53,433 nucleotides of DNA. It comes from Cyanobacteria bacterium P01_A01_bin.123. Lineage in GTDB: Bacteria; Cyanobacteriota; Cyanobacteriia; Phormidesmidales; Phormidesmidaceae. The stretch covers positions 1 through 53,433 of the forward strand of contig JBCBZT010000051.1 of the NCBI GenBank assembly GCA_039815185.1, given 5' to 3'. The position numbers and the translations under genes are program-made. The notes under the pieces were generated by a model. The model was given only the letters and a program-made list of their open reading frames with translations. It was not told where the DNA came from and ran no database searches. Positions 18,524-28,371 of the stretch are shown piece after piece (positions within the stretch are counted from its first letter, which is position 1; each line of letters starts with the position of its first letter).

Positions 18524-19153
18524 ATGACAAGAACGGCTGCAGTCAGCAGTATTTTCACCCGGATCTACCATGATCTTAACGGTGCAGACGCATATTACAA
18601 TCGAGGCAATGCCCGCTTTGAAGTGGGAGATAAGCAAGGAGCCCTTGAGGACTATACCAAGGCTCTTTGCTTCAGACCTGGTGATGCAGACGCATATTAT
18701 AATCGAGGCAATGCTCGCTTTGAGTTAGGGGATCGGCAGGGAGCTCTTGAGGACTATAGTAGAGCCCTTGTCTTGGAACCTAGTTTAGTCGAAGCTCATG
18801 TCAATCGAGGTAATGCTCATTTTGAGTTAGGAAATAAGCAGGGAGCTCTTGAGGATTACAGCAGGGCTCTTTGCTTCAGGGTTAACGATGCAGATATCTA
18901 TTATAATCGGGGCAATACTCGCTTTGAGTTGGGAGATAAGCAAGGATCTATCGAAGATTATACTCAGGCTCTTATCTTAGATCCTGATCTTGTCGAAGCC
19001 TATGTTAATCGAGGTAATGCCTACTTTAAGTTGGGAGATAAACAAAGGGCCCTTGAGGACTATAGCAAAGCCCTTTATATTAGGCCTTGTGATTCGGTTG
19101 CTTACTACAACCGAGCTAGCATTTACTTTGAACGTAATTGCTCAACCCAGTAG
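18524..19153 (+). CDS. Tetratricopeptide repeat protein, 3'-truncated by IS66
   Basis: Five and a half 34-aa repeats AYYNRGNARFELGDKQGALEDYxxAL; the last codons come from the IS66 end at 19134. Confidence 0.88.
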   Translation: MTRTAAVSSIFTRIYHDLNGADAYYNRGNARFEVGDKQGALEDYTKALCFRPGDADAYYNRGNARFELGDRQGALEDYSRALVLEPSLVEAHVNRGNAHFELGNKQGALEDYSRALCFRVNDADIYYNRGNTRFELGDKQGSIEDYTQALILDPDLVEAYVNRGNAYFKLGDKQRALEDYSKALYIRPCDSVAYYNRASIYFERNCSTQ

Positions 19154-19912
19154 CCAATCAGTTTGAGATGAGATAAGGGCACGCGAAATCGCCTCAAAGG
19201 CAGAAATTCCCTGCCGTCTGGCAGTATTGACCAGTGAACGCACCTGGGCAAATAACGCAGCTCCCCAATCGGCGCGAAAGCCGTGGGTCACCTTGCGGAA
19301 GACCACACTCCAGCGCAACGCCTGTTCACTGGCGTTGTTGGTCGGCGGCACCGTCTCATCTTCTAGCGCTTGAGTAATCGCTGCCCCTCAAGGGACGTCG
19401 GCTCCAGGTTCAAGATCTCGCGCAAACTCCCTCTCAAGCGAGTGCAGTATTGCCTCACGGGACGCTAGCGGCCCTCGTCGCCGCTGTAGGGCAATGGCTC
19501 GCAGCAATAAACGTTTCATCCGGAGGGCAAACAGCCCATCGCCTGCATCAATGGCATATTGACAATCGCGCAGTTGATGCACCAGACACACTTGCCATTG
19601 CCCAGCCGGATGCGCCTCCTGAGCGCTGAATAAATCTGAAACCCACACCTGAGGCTGATGAGTACCCATCACCTCATCAATGACGACTTTACCTCGGGTC
19701 GGCCGAATCACATGCAAGCATACCTGCTCATTTTGAAACACCCATTCCCATTGGCTTTGTCCCTCAACACGCGCACCCGTCTCATCGCTGCACACCAAAC
19801 GAGCGCTACGCAGACACTCGGCAATCGCCGCCACTGGAGCGGCTAGCTGTTGGTGAACCCGTTGCAACAGATTGGCAATGGCCCCTTCTGAAATCTTCAC
19901 CCCATAAAGCTC
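19134..19912 (-). mobile_element. IS66-family remnant
   Basis: GTAATTGCTCA end; transposase fragments SDETGARV, WVSD, QVCLVHQLRD, PPTNNASEQALR; internal deletion. Confidence 0.85.
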
Positions 19913-20254
19913 TCCCGGCGTTGCAGGTATTCTTGACTGCTTGGGTGTCTGCCATAATCAACCTAGTCCATTTGGGCTTTTTTTAACCTGCCTTCGGACC
20001 CGCTCGTGCAGCAGCTTCATCAGCTTCTCAATTGAACCTGCTTGAGGCCACTGGTTGTAGTGCCAGAAAACCGTTGAGTAGGGCGGCAAGTCTTTGGGTA
20101 AGTCCTCCCAGTTGCAACCATTCTTCAGTCGATAGAGCATGCCATCAATCAGCTCCCGATACGTCCAGTTGAAGGGACGGGTCTTTTTCCTGGAGGGCAG
20201 CACCTCGGGCAACAGCGGTTCGAGGACTTCCCATTCGGCATCGCTTAGGCTACT
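19913..20254 (-). pseudogene. IS5-family (DUF4096-type) transposase fragment
   Basis: SSLSDAEWEVLEPLL..YRLKNGCNWEDLPKDLPPYSTVFWHY; A-run frameshift into PKWTRLIMADTQAVKN. Confidence 0.8.
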
Positions 20255-20456
20255 TTTGAAAATTTTTCAAAAGTTGAAAGGCATCACAAATTTTGACTTG
20301 ATCTGCTTTACCCCTCTCTTATCACTTTAGACAGAGGAAAACCTGTTTACTGTCATGAGTCGGCGCTCTCGTGGACTGTAAAACTGATTCATGATGTGGG
20401 TTAGGTGCCCAAATCGTGACCTCAATGAGGGGATGAGAAATACCTTGAGCTACTGC

Positions 20457-20477
20457 CCGTCCGCCTTTTTATGCAAC
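20457..20477 (-). repeat. Orphan copy of the IS903-like left-end sequence
   Basis: CCGTCCGCCTTTTTATGCAAC is the exact reverse complement of 11892-11912. Confidence 0.7.
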
Positions 20478-20489
20478 GCGCTTTTCAGA

Positions 20490-21984
20490 AAAGAGATTTT
20501 GGACTGGGTTCTGAGTGATCAAAGTGCCCAAACGTTTCGGCCACTTTGGAGACTAGTTACAAGCTGGCAGTGCTATTTCCATATCACTGATGGGTGGGCA
20601 GTGTATTCCAGCTTTATTTCCGAGGGCGATCAGATTGTCAGCAAAACTTACATGACTCGTGTGGAAGGCGAAAGTACTCGATTGCGTCACTATTTGACTC
20701 GACTACGTCGCAAAACCCTTTGCTATTCCAAGTCCATAGCAATGCTGACTCATACCAAATCTGCTTAGCTCACCCCCGAAACGATTACTCCTCTCACGAC
20801 GGCCACCAATGGTAGTCAGTCAAAGCCTTGATGTCCTCTTGCATCGTCAGCAGGGTACGGCAGCGATCGCCGAGAATAGTCTCTAAATCATCGAGACAGT
20901 CAAAACACCGATTTGCTAACGGCTCATCGGTGAGTCGCCAAAGCCGTTCAGCGGGTTGTAACTCGAGAGAATAGGGCGGCAAGACCTCTAGATGAATCCC
21001 TTCTGGAACAACAACTGTTTGACTACGGTGCCACCCCGCCCCATCGATGACGAGGAGAATGTGTTTATCGGGACCGGCTCCCACCTCCTGAGCAAAATTG
21101 GCGAGGGCTTGATTGAACCAGGCACTATTGACGCGCGGCAGAATCAGCCCTTCGCTCTGCCCGGTGCTGGGGTGGACAAAACCGTAGAGATAGGTCCACT
21201 CGTAGCGTGGCTCTACGGGGGCGATGGGACGCTGCCCCACCGGAGCCCAAACCTTGCGAATGATGGGTTTGAGTCCGAGACGATGCTCATCAAACGACCA
21301 GACTTCAACGGTGGCTGCCGGATATTGCTGGGCTAGTTCAGCGTGGCGGACGGGAAGGTTTTTTTGAAGGCCGCCTGCGCCTCCGGGTCGCCCTGACGAT
21401 GGCGAGGTCGGGGCACTTGTAAGGACTACTCTAAGCGCTTCAGGTAGTCCCACCCCCGTTGGGGCCAGACCTTCTCCATCCCAGTCAGTTCAGCGATGAC
21501 GCGAGCAACTTTGGGGCCATTCCAGAGACCGCCATCAGCGGGCGGGACCGCCAAGCGGCATCTCAAGGCTTCCAGTTGGGCACTCGTGAGGAGACTGCGG
21601 CGTTGGTGAGGTCGTTTGGCTTTGCGACGATTGCGCAAACCAGCGGCCCCATCACGGTTGTAATCACTCACAATCGTGCGGGCATAGTCATAGTTCAACC
21701 CGACCACTCGGGCGGCATCCGTCAAGGTCGCTTGCTCCGACACCAACCAGAGCAGATGCCAGCGGCGCGATTCCACTGAGTCCTTGCTCGCTCGATAGCG
21801 AGTCTTCAACTCGGTAGGGGAGAAATGGGGGGTCAGATGAAGTTTTCTAGGCATGGTCTCAGCCTAGTCCATTTCAGGGGTATATGAATCGGATTTAGTA
21901 TCACTCGGTTCGACTGTTACTTCACGATCTCAAGGTCGATGATGTCTCAGTTCCTCCAAGGTTCATGTTTGATTCAGCAACACC
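20490..21984 (+). pseudogene. IS1-family InsB remnant split by IS630 (20490-20752 joined to 21904-21984)
   Basis: TDGWAVY..SKTYMTRVEGESTRLRHYLTRLRRKTLCYSKSIAMLTH resumes as SVRLLLH after the IS630; ends TTCAGCAACACC. Confidence 0.82.
20753..21900 (-). mobile_element. IS630-family element; two-frame transposase (21854 to 20794) with a nonsense codon
   Basis: Ends TACCAAATCTG / CGGATTTAGTA flanked by TCA; motifs FDEHRLG, IDGAGWH, LPPYSLELQPAERLW; A7 slippery site near 21359-21365; premature TAG at 21426-21428. Confidence 0.88.
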
Positions 21985-22372
21985 CGTTTTCGGTTTAATT
22001 TGGGCTAGCTACTTAGCGCTGGCTTCTGGGTGAATTGATATCAAATTGGGTAGAATAAGCGATTAAAACTTGCCAACGTGGCGCAACTTATAATACTCTC
22101 TATATAGAGTAGATGAAAAAACTCCGTATGAAAAATTCAAATACATCTAGGTGATTGTTTATACAGCGCCTCAAAAACCTAAGGTTGTTTAGCGGTTAGG
22201 CTTCTTTGTATATCTTTCACTGGCAGTAGGGGCATTTTTCTACAGATGCGGATTATTTGTTGTTCTACATGGAGTTTGTCAAGCTACTCTTCATAATCCA
22301 AAAATAGTTGTTATTGTTTTTAGGCATTTCCGATCATTACTTGGGCAAAAAGGTTGTTAATGCGTTTGATTC

Positions 22373-22621
22373 ATGGATATTCAAGAGGTGATGGATGTTT
22401 TGAAAGAAATACTTGCTGATTTAGGGATTTCATCAGAATCCCTTGATGGAGATACCCTACTTTACAAGGATCTGCAGCTTGACTCCACAGAGGCAGTGCA
22501 GGTTTCCTTGGAGCTAAAGCGTAGGCTAGGAGTCAGTGTAAAGTTTGAATCTCGGCAGGATATGACGTTGACTCAAGTCCGTGATTTGATTGAGGCGGCT
22601 ATGGCTGCTAGCTCTAAATAA
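22373..22621 (+). CDS. Free-standing acyl carrier protein
   Basis: 82 aa, acidic, DLQLDSTE phosphopantetheine attachment motif. Confidence 0.88.
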   Translation: MDIQEVMDVLKEILADLGISSESLDGDTLLYKDLQLDSTEAVQVSLELKRRLGVSVKFESRQDMTLTQVRDLIEAAMAASSK

Positions 22622-22660
22622 GAATTTGGAGCTCTCTTCTGAAGTTGCAAAGCTGAGAGG

Positions 22661-23125
22661 ATGGCAATGGTAATTGACCAGCAGCATCTAAATGAGATGG
22701 AAGCTTTCGTGAGGCAGACATCTGAAATTCTATCGTCCGGGTATAGGTGGACAGATGGGATCAAGAGGGTCGGTATTGATATCACACCCGTTCATAGAAT
22801 TGCTAGCTTGGTTGATCGATATGATCTCGAAACGTTGGGTCTGTTGTTTACTCCCAAGGAGATAGAGCTTTGTCAATTCGCTAATGATACTTACCAGTTT
22901 TACGCAATTTGTTTTGCAGCCAAGGAAGCGGTGGGTAAGGCTCTAGGCACTGGACTTGTTGGAATTGGTTGGAATCAGATTGAATCAAATCTTGCACAAG
23001 GCGGATTGTCAATTTCTCTCCATGGTGAAGCAAAGATCCAAGCAAAAGCGCTTGGTATACAGAAATGGTTAGCAAATTGGTTTCATTGGGATGAGCATGT
23101 GTTGGTTCATGTTCTTGCTCAGTAA
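22661..23125 (+). CDS. acpS: AcpS-type phosphopantetheinyl transferase 1
   Basis: VGIDI, HRI, FTPKE, FAAKEAVGKALGTG. Confidence 0.85.
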   Translation: MAMVIDQQHLNEMEAFVRQTSEILSSGYRWTDGIKRVGIDITPVHRIASLVDRYDLETLGLLFTPKEIELCQFANDTYQFYAICFAAKEAVGKALGTGLVGIGWNQIESNLAQGGLSISLHGEAKIQAKALGIQKWLANWFHWDEHVLVHVLAQ

Positions 23126-23149
23126 ACCGTGAGGTTAAAGGACAGTTAG

Positions 23150-24688
23150 ATGGACAATATTTCTGAACAGTTGCCTAGTGTCTTTAATGCCGCAGCTTAC
23201 TTCATAGAAGGTAATCTGGCGCAGGAACGTAGCGAAAAAGCAGCCTTTTATCATCGAGAAGAGGTTTACAACTATGCTCAGGTGAATAGCTTTGTTCGAT
23301 GCACTGCTGGATTGCTGTCCGATCTTGGTCTGGAACGGGAGAATCGAGTCGCTATTCTTTTGCCAGATTCTCCAGAATTTGTTTTTGCCTTCTGGGGTGC
23401 TGTTTGGCTGGGTGCTATACCGGTTCCGATTAATACGGCTTGCACTATTGATGATATTCAGTATATTTTGCAAGACTCGCGAGCTAAAATTTTTCTGACC
23501 ACCCAGGAATGGCAAGATAAACTAGCCCCTATCCAATCTCAGTTTCTGCGTCATATAGTGATCACAGATGGAAAGCAATCATTTGTGTCTCGACTCACCC
23601 AGCAAACTAGCGAACTGATATCTTGTGCTGACACCTATCGCGACGAGCCGGCTTTTTGGCTTTACACTTCTGGTAGTACAGGCCGACCTAAAGGTGTAAT
23701 TCATCTTCACCAAAGTATGGTCGCTTGTGCAGAGTACTATGGGCGATCTACGCTTAGATTGCACAAGGGTGACATCACCTATTCGGTTGCTAAAATGGCC
23801 TTTGCCTATGGTTTAGGAAATACTCTCTACATGCCCATGGCTGTTGGTGCTGCTGCTGTATTGTCTGATGCCAACAATGCTTTTGATATTATTGCAGACA
23901 TCCAGCGCTATCGGCCAACTGTTTTGTTTGGCATTCCCAGCGCCTATGCAGATATTCTTGCTTTAGATGACATTTCTTCTCTAGATGCATCTTCTCTACG
24001 TTTATGTGTGTCTGCAGCCGAGCAAATGCCTAAGAGCATCTGGCAAAAGTGGTTGAAGCGTTATGGCCAGGAAATTTGTGAGGGGATTGGAACAACTGAG
24101 TTTTTGCATATTTTTCTCTCAAACCGATTAGAAAAATGTAAACCAGGCTACTCAGGTTGCCCTGTTCCTGGATATGAGGTTCAAGTTGTTGATGAAAAGG
24201 GTTCTCTGTGTCCTCCTGGTGAGATTGGCGATTTACAGGTGAGTGGAGAGAGTCTGATGCTGGGATACTGGAATCGACTCCAGGAAACGCGGAAGGCTAT
24301 CTATGGGAACTGTATGCGAACCGGAGATAAGTATCTGCGTGATTCTGATGGTTATTTCAGGTTTATGGGACGAGCTGATGACCTCTTTAAGGTAAATGGT
24401 CAGTGGATATCGCCTATGGAGATTGAGGATATCTTATATCAGCATCCCCAGATTTCTGAAGTTGCAGTCGCGCCTGAATCTAATAGTGGTGAACAGTTAA
24501 CTCAGGTTGTTGCTTATGTAAGTCTTAAACCGGGGCAACAACCATCGTCTGAACTAGAGGCTGGCATTCGTAAATTTGCTAAACAGCAGTTGCCTCATTT
24601 TAAAGCACCGAAAAAGGTTCACTTTTTAGAAAACCTACCGCGAACCTCAACTGGAAAAGTTCACCGTAAATTATTACGCAAGTACTGA
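23150..24688 (+). CDS. Benzoate-CoA ligase family aryl-CoA/AMP ligase (probably salicylate activating)
   Basis: FNAAAYF, FWLYTSGSTGRPKG, FAYGLGN, EGIGTTE, TGDKY, GRADD, PRTSTGK. Confidence 0.9.
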   Translation: MDNISEQLPSVFNAAAYFIEGNLAQERSEKAAFYHREEVYNYAQVNSFVRCTAGLLSDLGLERENRVAILLPDSPEFVFAFWGAVWLGAIPVPINTACTIDDIQYILQDSRAKIFLTTQEWQDKLAPIQSQFLRHIVITDGKQSFVSRLTQQTSELISCADTYRDEPAFWLYTSGSTGRPKGVIHLHQSMVACAEYYGRSTLRLHKGDITYSVAKMAFAYGLGNTLYMPMAVGAAAVLSDANNAFDIIADIQRYRPTVLFGIPSAYADILALDDISSLDASSLRLCVSAAEQMPKSIWQKWLKRYGQEICEGIGTTEFLHIFLSNRLEKCKPGYSGCPVPGYEVQVVDEKGSLCPPGEIGDLQVSGESLMLGYWNRLQETRKAIYGNCMRTGDKYLRDSDGYFRFMGRADDLFKVNGQWISPMEIEDILYQHPQISEVAVAPESNSGEQLTQVVAYVSLKPGQQPSSELEAGIRKFAKQQLPHFKAPKKVHFLENLPRTSTGKVHRKLLRKY

Positions 24689-24713
24689 CTAATCATCCAT
24701 AAGGAGCTGATCA

Positions 24714-26036
24714 GTGGTAATGGAGCTAAAGACGGCAATAAAGTATGACGAAACCTTTGTATCAAGCCAAAGGGAGCCCACTGTTGTCTTGCAGAACCTC
24801 CTGCGAGCAGGTATTTTTTCTAAGTATGTGATGTATGAACAAAAAAATGAGGTTCGCATTGCTGGAAATGAGCTGGCTAAGGTATCAGTGGGCCAGGATA
24901 CCGTTTCGCTCATGAGTGTAGATAAGTTTTACTCCGAGCCAGTTAGCGATCCCTTTAAGCAAGTTGGAGAGTTACTCGGATCTTTACCCATTGAGAATTG
25001 GACAGCCTATGGCTATGTTGGGTTTGACGTAGCTGGGTTTTATTCTTCATACTCCAAAGCAATCCAGCAAGAGTTACTCTATTTTTTGATTCCAGAGACT
25101 GAACTACGCTTCACACAAGAAGGCGTTTATATCAGAAGTGCGAGGTCTTTAGACCAAATCCGCAGCCTTTTGTTGAAAGATAGTCAGCTGCCACATTATG
25201 TGTCAACTCCTGTGGAGGTTGATTTTGCTGATCGCGAAAAGTATCAGAACCACATCAAGACTTTAATTGAAGCAATCCAAAAAGGTGAATTGCATAAGGC
25301 AATTATTTCCCGTCCTTTTAGACTCTCTGGCGACTTAGATCTATTGGGAACCTATGTGGTTGGGGCAAAAGTCAATAATGCAGCTCGCTCCTACTGTCTA
25401 GACTTCGGAGATGTCCGTACAGTGGGGTTTAGTCCCGAAACTCTTGTGGAAGTATACCAAGATCGTTCTGTTGTGACTAATCCGCTAGCAGGAACCAGAC
25501 CTCGTGATGAAAAGCAACAAGAGGATAAGCGCTTAAGGGGTGAACTGTTTACTGATGCTAAAGAGGTCAAAGAACATGCGCTTTCCGTTTTATCGGCACA
25601 AAGCGAGGTTGACTCAATTTGTTTACCAGGAACCGTTCAGGTTTTTAACTTCATGGAGGTCAAGAAATATCGGACTGTCCAACATCTATCTTCAAGGGTT
25701 GGGGGGGTTCTTAAGCCGGGCAATACCGCTTGGGATGCTTTGAAAGCATTGTTCCCAGGGATTACTGTTTCTGGCATTGATAAGCAACAAGCTTTAGAGT
25801 GGATCGATCGCCTCGAAGCGGAACCGAGGGGGATGTATGCTGGCTGTATTGGTTGGGTAGACAGCAACGGTACAGCAGATTTGGCAATCTCCCTTCGCTC
25901 TGTATATCAATACGGCAATGATGTCTATCTCAATGCTGGTGCTGGGATCGTTGCTGAATCTGTGCCTCAAAAAGAATATATGGAGTCAGTTAATAAGATG
26001 AACACGATGTTGACCAATCTAGTTTTGAAGTCATAA
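24714..26036 (+). CDS. Salicylate synthase (Irp9/MbtI-like chorismate-binding enzyme)
   Basis: KAIISR, GFSPE, TNPLAGTR, DAKEVKEH, VQHLSS, LFPGITVSGIDK, RGMYAG, AGAGIV. Confidence 0.9.
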   Translation: MVMELKTAIKYDETFVSSQREPTVVLQNLLRAGIFSKYVMYEQKNEVRIAGNELAKVSVGQDTVSLMSVDKFYSEPVSDPFKQVGELLGSLPIENWTAYGYVGFDVAGFYSSYSKAIQQELLYFLIPETELRFTQEGVYIRSARSLDQIRSLLLKDSQLPHYVSTPVEVDFADREKYQNHIKTLIEAIQKGELHKAIISRPFRLSGDLDLLGTYVVGAKVNNAARSYCLDFGDVRTVGFSPETLVEVYQDRSVVTNPLAGTRPRDEKQQEDKRLRGELFTDAKEVKEHALSVLSAQSEVDSICLPGTVQVFNFMEVKKYRTVQHLSSRVGGVLKPGNTAWDALKALFPGITVSGIDKQQALEWIDRLEAEPRGMYAGCIGWVDSNGTADLAISLRSVYQYGNDVYLNAGAGIVAESVPQKEYMESVNKMNTMLTNLVLKS

Positions 26037-26050
26037 GCACGATAGGTAGT

Positions 26051-26530
26051 ATGTTGAGTATGAAGGCTAAATATTTAGACGTTAATGATGACCCCTCTCA
26101 GGATTTACTCAGTTCTAGGTCTGATTATCCGGGGGTTATCGGTCATGGCATTGACATCGTCGAAACAAAAGGTGTCCAAAAACTCATAGCGCAATTAAGT
26201 GAGTCTCCAGAAATGGGATGTTTCACCGCTAATGAACGCAACGTCTGTGAATTGGATGCTAAGCGTATCGAATACTTCGCGGGTCGTTTGGCTGCGAAGC
26301 AAGCGGTGTTCAAAGCATTGAATAAAGCGCTGCTTAATGAAAACGCTTCTTGGCTCGATATTGAAATTAAACGGTTGTCTACAGGTGAGCCTTCTGTTGT
26401 GCTCCATGACAACTTTCTAAAGATTGCTATGGATTTAGGAGTTACGAAATGGCTCCTGAGCATTAGCCATGAATCCTCTTACGCTGCTGCGAGTGCGATC
26501 GCTCTGGGGCGGTGTAGTCAAAAATCCTGA
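26051..26530 (+). CDS. acpS: AcpS-type phosphopantetheinyl transferase 2 (catalytic Glu replaced by Gln)
   Basis: GHGIDIVE, FTANE, AGRLAAKQAVFKAL, GEP, SISHE. Confidence 0.82.
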   Translation: MLSMKAKYLDVNDDPSQDLLSSRSDYPGVIGHGIDIVETKGVQKLIAQLSESPEMGCFTANERNVCELDAKRIEYFAGRLAAKQAVFKALNKALLNENASWLDIEIKRLSTGEPSVVLHDNFLKIAMDLGVTKWLLSISHESSYAAASAIALGRCSQKS

Positions 26531-26619
26531 TGACTCCCGTTCAGGTGACCACCTCCTTCAGTTCTCTTGCTGCCATCCAGCTTGCCTCGATGCCTATCAC
26601 TGTGAAAAGGAATTTTGCT

Positions 26620-28143
26620 ATGAGCAATTGTCATGTAGGTATTCGCTCACTTGCAACTAGTTTTCCTAGGCAAATTCGAACCAATGATTATTGGTCTCAA
26701 AAATATCCAAATTTGGTAAAGCAGAGTAAACCAAAGCGCGTTAGAGTCTCTAAACCGCTTAACTATACAGCTGATAACTCTGGATTAGATATTTGGTCAC
26801 AAGCAGTGGCTCCTTATCTGTCAGATCCATTCCATGGGTCTGTTGAGCGGCGGGTGCTGGGTGTAGATGAATCAGCGCTGACGCTGGAGTGCCAGGCGGC
26901 ACGAGATGCCCTTGAAGCCGCGAAACTGTCTTCTGAAGAAATTGGTTTAGCCATCGTTGCATCGCTCTTCTCTGAGCAAATCGGGCCTGGGAATGCCGCT
27001 TACCTGGCTCGTCAACTTGAACTGCAATGCCCTGCCTGGAGCCTAGAATCTACCTGCTCAAGTGCCTTAATTGCACTTCAGAATGCCCGAGCATTGGTGC
27101 AGGCTGGAGAGTATCGCAATGTACTGGTAATTGTCTCGCACATTGGATCTAATTCCACAGATGATGAAGACACGCTCTCCTGGTCGGTGGGTGATGCGGC
27201 AGGAGCCTTTGTGGTGGATTCGCTTCAACCCAATCAAGGAATCCTGGGTAGCAAAGTAGTTCCGACTACTGCTACCTGTGGCGCCTATGCTCACGAACTG
27301 GTGACGGATGTGCAGGGCACGCCTCGGATACGAACTCGAACAGGAGACAATGCGAGTATGCTGGCTGAAACGGCTGTAGATTTCGCGCGTACTTGCTGCG
27401 AGGGGGCGATCTCGAGTGCTGGCGTTACCCTCGATCAAATTAACTTTTTTGCATTCAGTACTCCGACTGCCTGGTACGCGAGCGTTTGCACGCGGGCTCT
27501 GGGCATTGATCCAGAGTGCACCCTCAATCTCTACCCTCGATACACTAATATTGGGCCTGTATCTGCGATCGCCTCCCTGTACCATGCTGCTCAATCAGGG
27601 CGGCTTCGCGAGAACGACTTGGTTCTTGTTTACACTAACGGTGCTGCTGCAACCGCTGCCGCTACAGTGATGCGCTGGGGCGATGTGGCGTTGGGGCCCG
27701 TTCCTGTACCTCCAATTAGTGTTACTCCAGAGCAAGAAAAGATCCAGATCCCAGAAGAAGGTGTAATAGAAAAGAACTCAACTGCAGAAACAATACCAAG
27801 AGAACAGATCCTGGCGTCTGAACCAACAGAACGGCAGCCAATGCTAGAAACCTATCTGTTGAAATGTTTAGCGGGGTTACTACAATGCCCTTCAGCAAAC
27901 CTCGATGCTCAGGAACCCCTTGCTCCGTTGCTGGACTCATTGCTCGCCATGATGCTCAAAAGCCGGATTGAAACCGATTTACAGGTGCGAATGCCCATCG
28001 CGACCTTTTTTGAGAAGGGTACAGTAGCTGAACTAGCTGATCTTTTGCTAAATCGATTGGCATTGGCGAACCTAATTTCATCAGAGGTGGTTTCTGATGC
28101 CGATGTTGGTGAAGCTGAAGAACGGGAAAAGTTAAGTCTTTAA
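26620..28143 (+). CDS. KSIII (FabH-like)-ACP fusion, putative starter-unit acyltransferase
   Basis: Likely start ATG 26620; ESTCSS catalytic Cys, GDAAGA, YTNIG; C-terminal ACP LDSLLAMMLKSRIE; tail EEREKLSL. Confidence 0.82.
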   Translation: MSNCHVGIRSLATSFPRQIRTNDYWSQKYPNLVKQSKPKRVRVSKPLNYTADNSGLDIWSQAVAPYLSDPFHGSVERRVLGVDESALTLECQAARDALEAAKLSSEEIGLAIVASLFSEQIGPGNAAYLARQLELQCPAWSLESTCSSALIALQNARALVQAGEYRNVLVIVSHIGSNSTDDEDTLSWSVGDAAGAFVVDSLQPNQGILGSKVVPTTATCGAYAHELVTDVQGTPRIRTRTGDNASMLAETAVDFARTCCEGAISSAGVTLDQINFFAFSTPTAWYASVCTRALGIDPECTLNLYPRYTNIGPVSAIASLYHAAQSGRLRENDLVLVYTNGAAATAAATVMRWGDVALGPVPVPPISVTPEQEKIQIPEEGVIEKNSTAETIPREQILASEPTERQPMLETYLLKCLAGLLQCPSANLDAQEPLAPLLDSLLAMMLKSRIETDLQVRMPIATFFEKGTVAELADLLLNRLALANLISSEVVSDADVGEAEEREKLSL

Positions 28144-28371
28144 CTTGTCTGGAAGATCATCTGATTAAATGAAGAAGATAAACTACGTGTTACAACGAAA
28201 CTAAGCAATTTTCACATATATCTACTCTAGTTTCGCACTGGCTGAGCTAAGGGGCAAGAGGTTACCAGAATCAGGATTTAACGAGTATTTTGACTACGAC
28301 GTAGAATATTTAGCGGTGACGATCAAGAGATAGGTCGGTGGCAAAGAAATACAATTATCTGTCTAGAAATC

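Noticed and set aside
18580..19130. Regular ~102-bp repeats resembling an array
   Set aside because: These are in-frame TPR coding repeats with no unique spacers and no cas genes; not CRISPR.
20391..20768. 125-aa ORF (and similarly 11659-11925 and the C-terminus of 2620-3141)
   Set aside because: Junction artefacts joining IS remnants to unrelated flanks.
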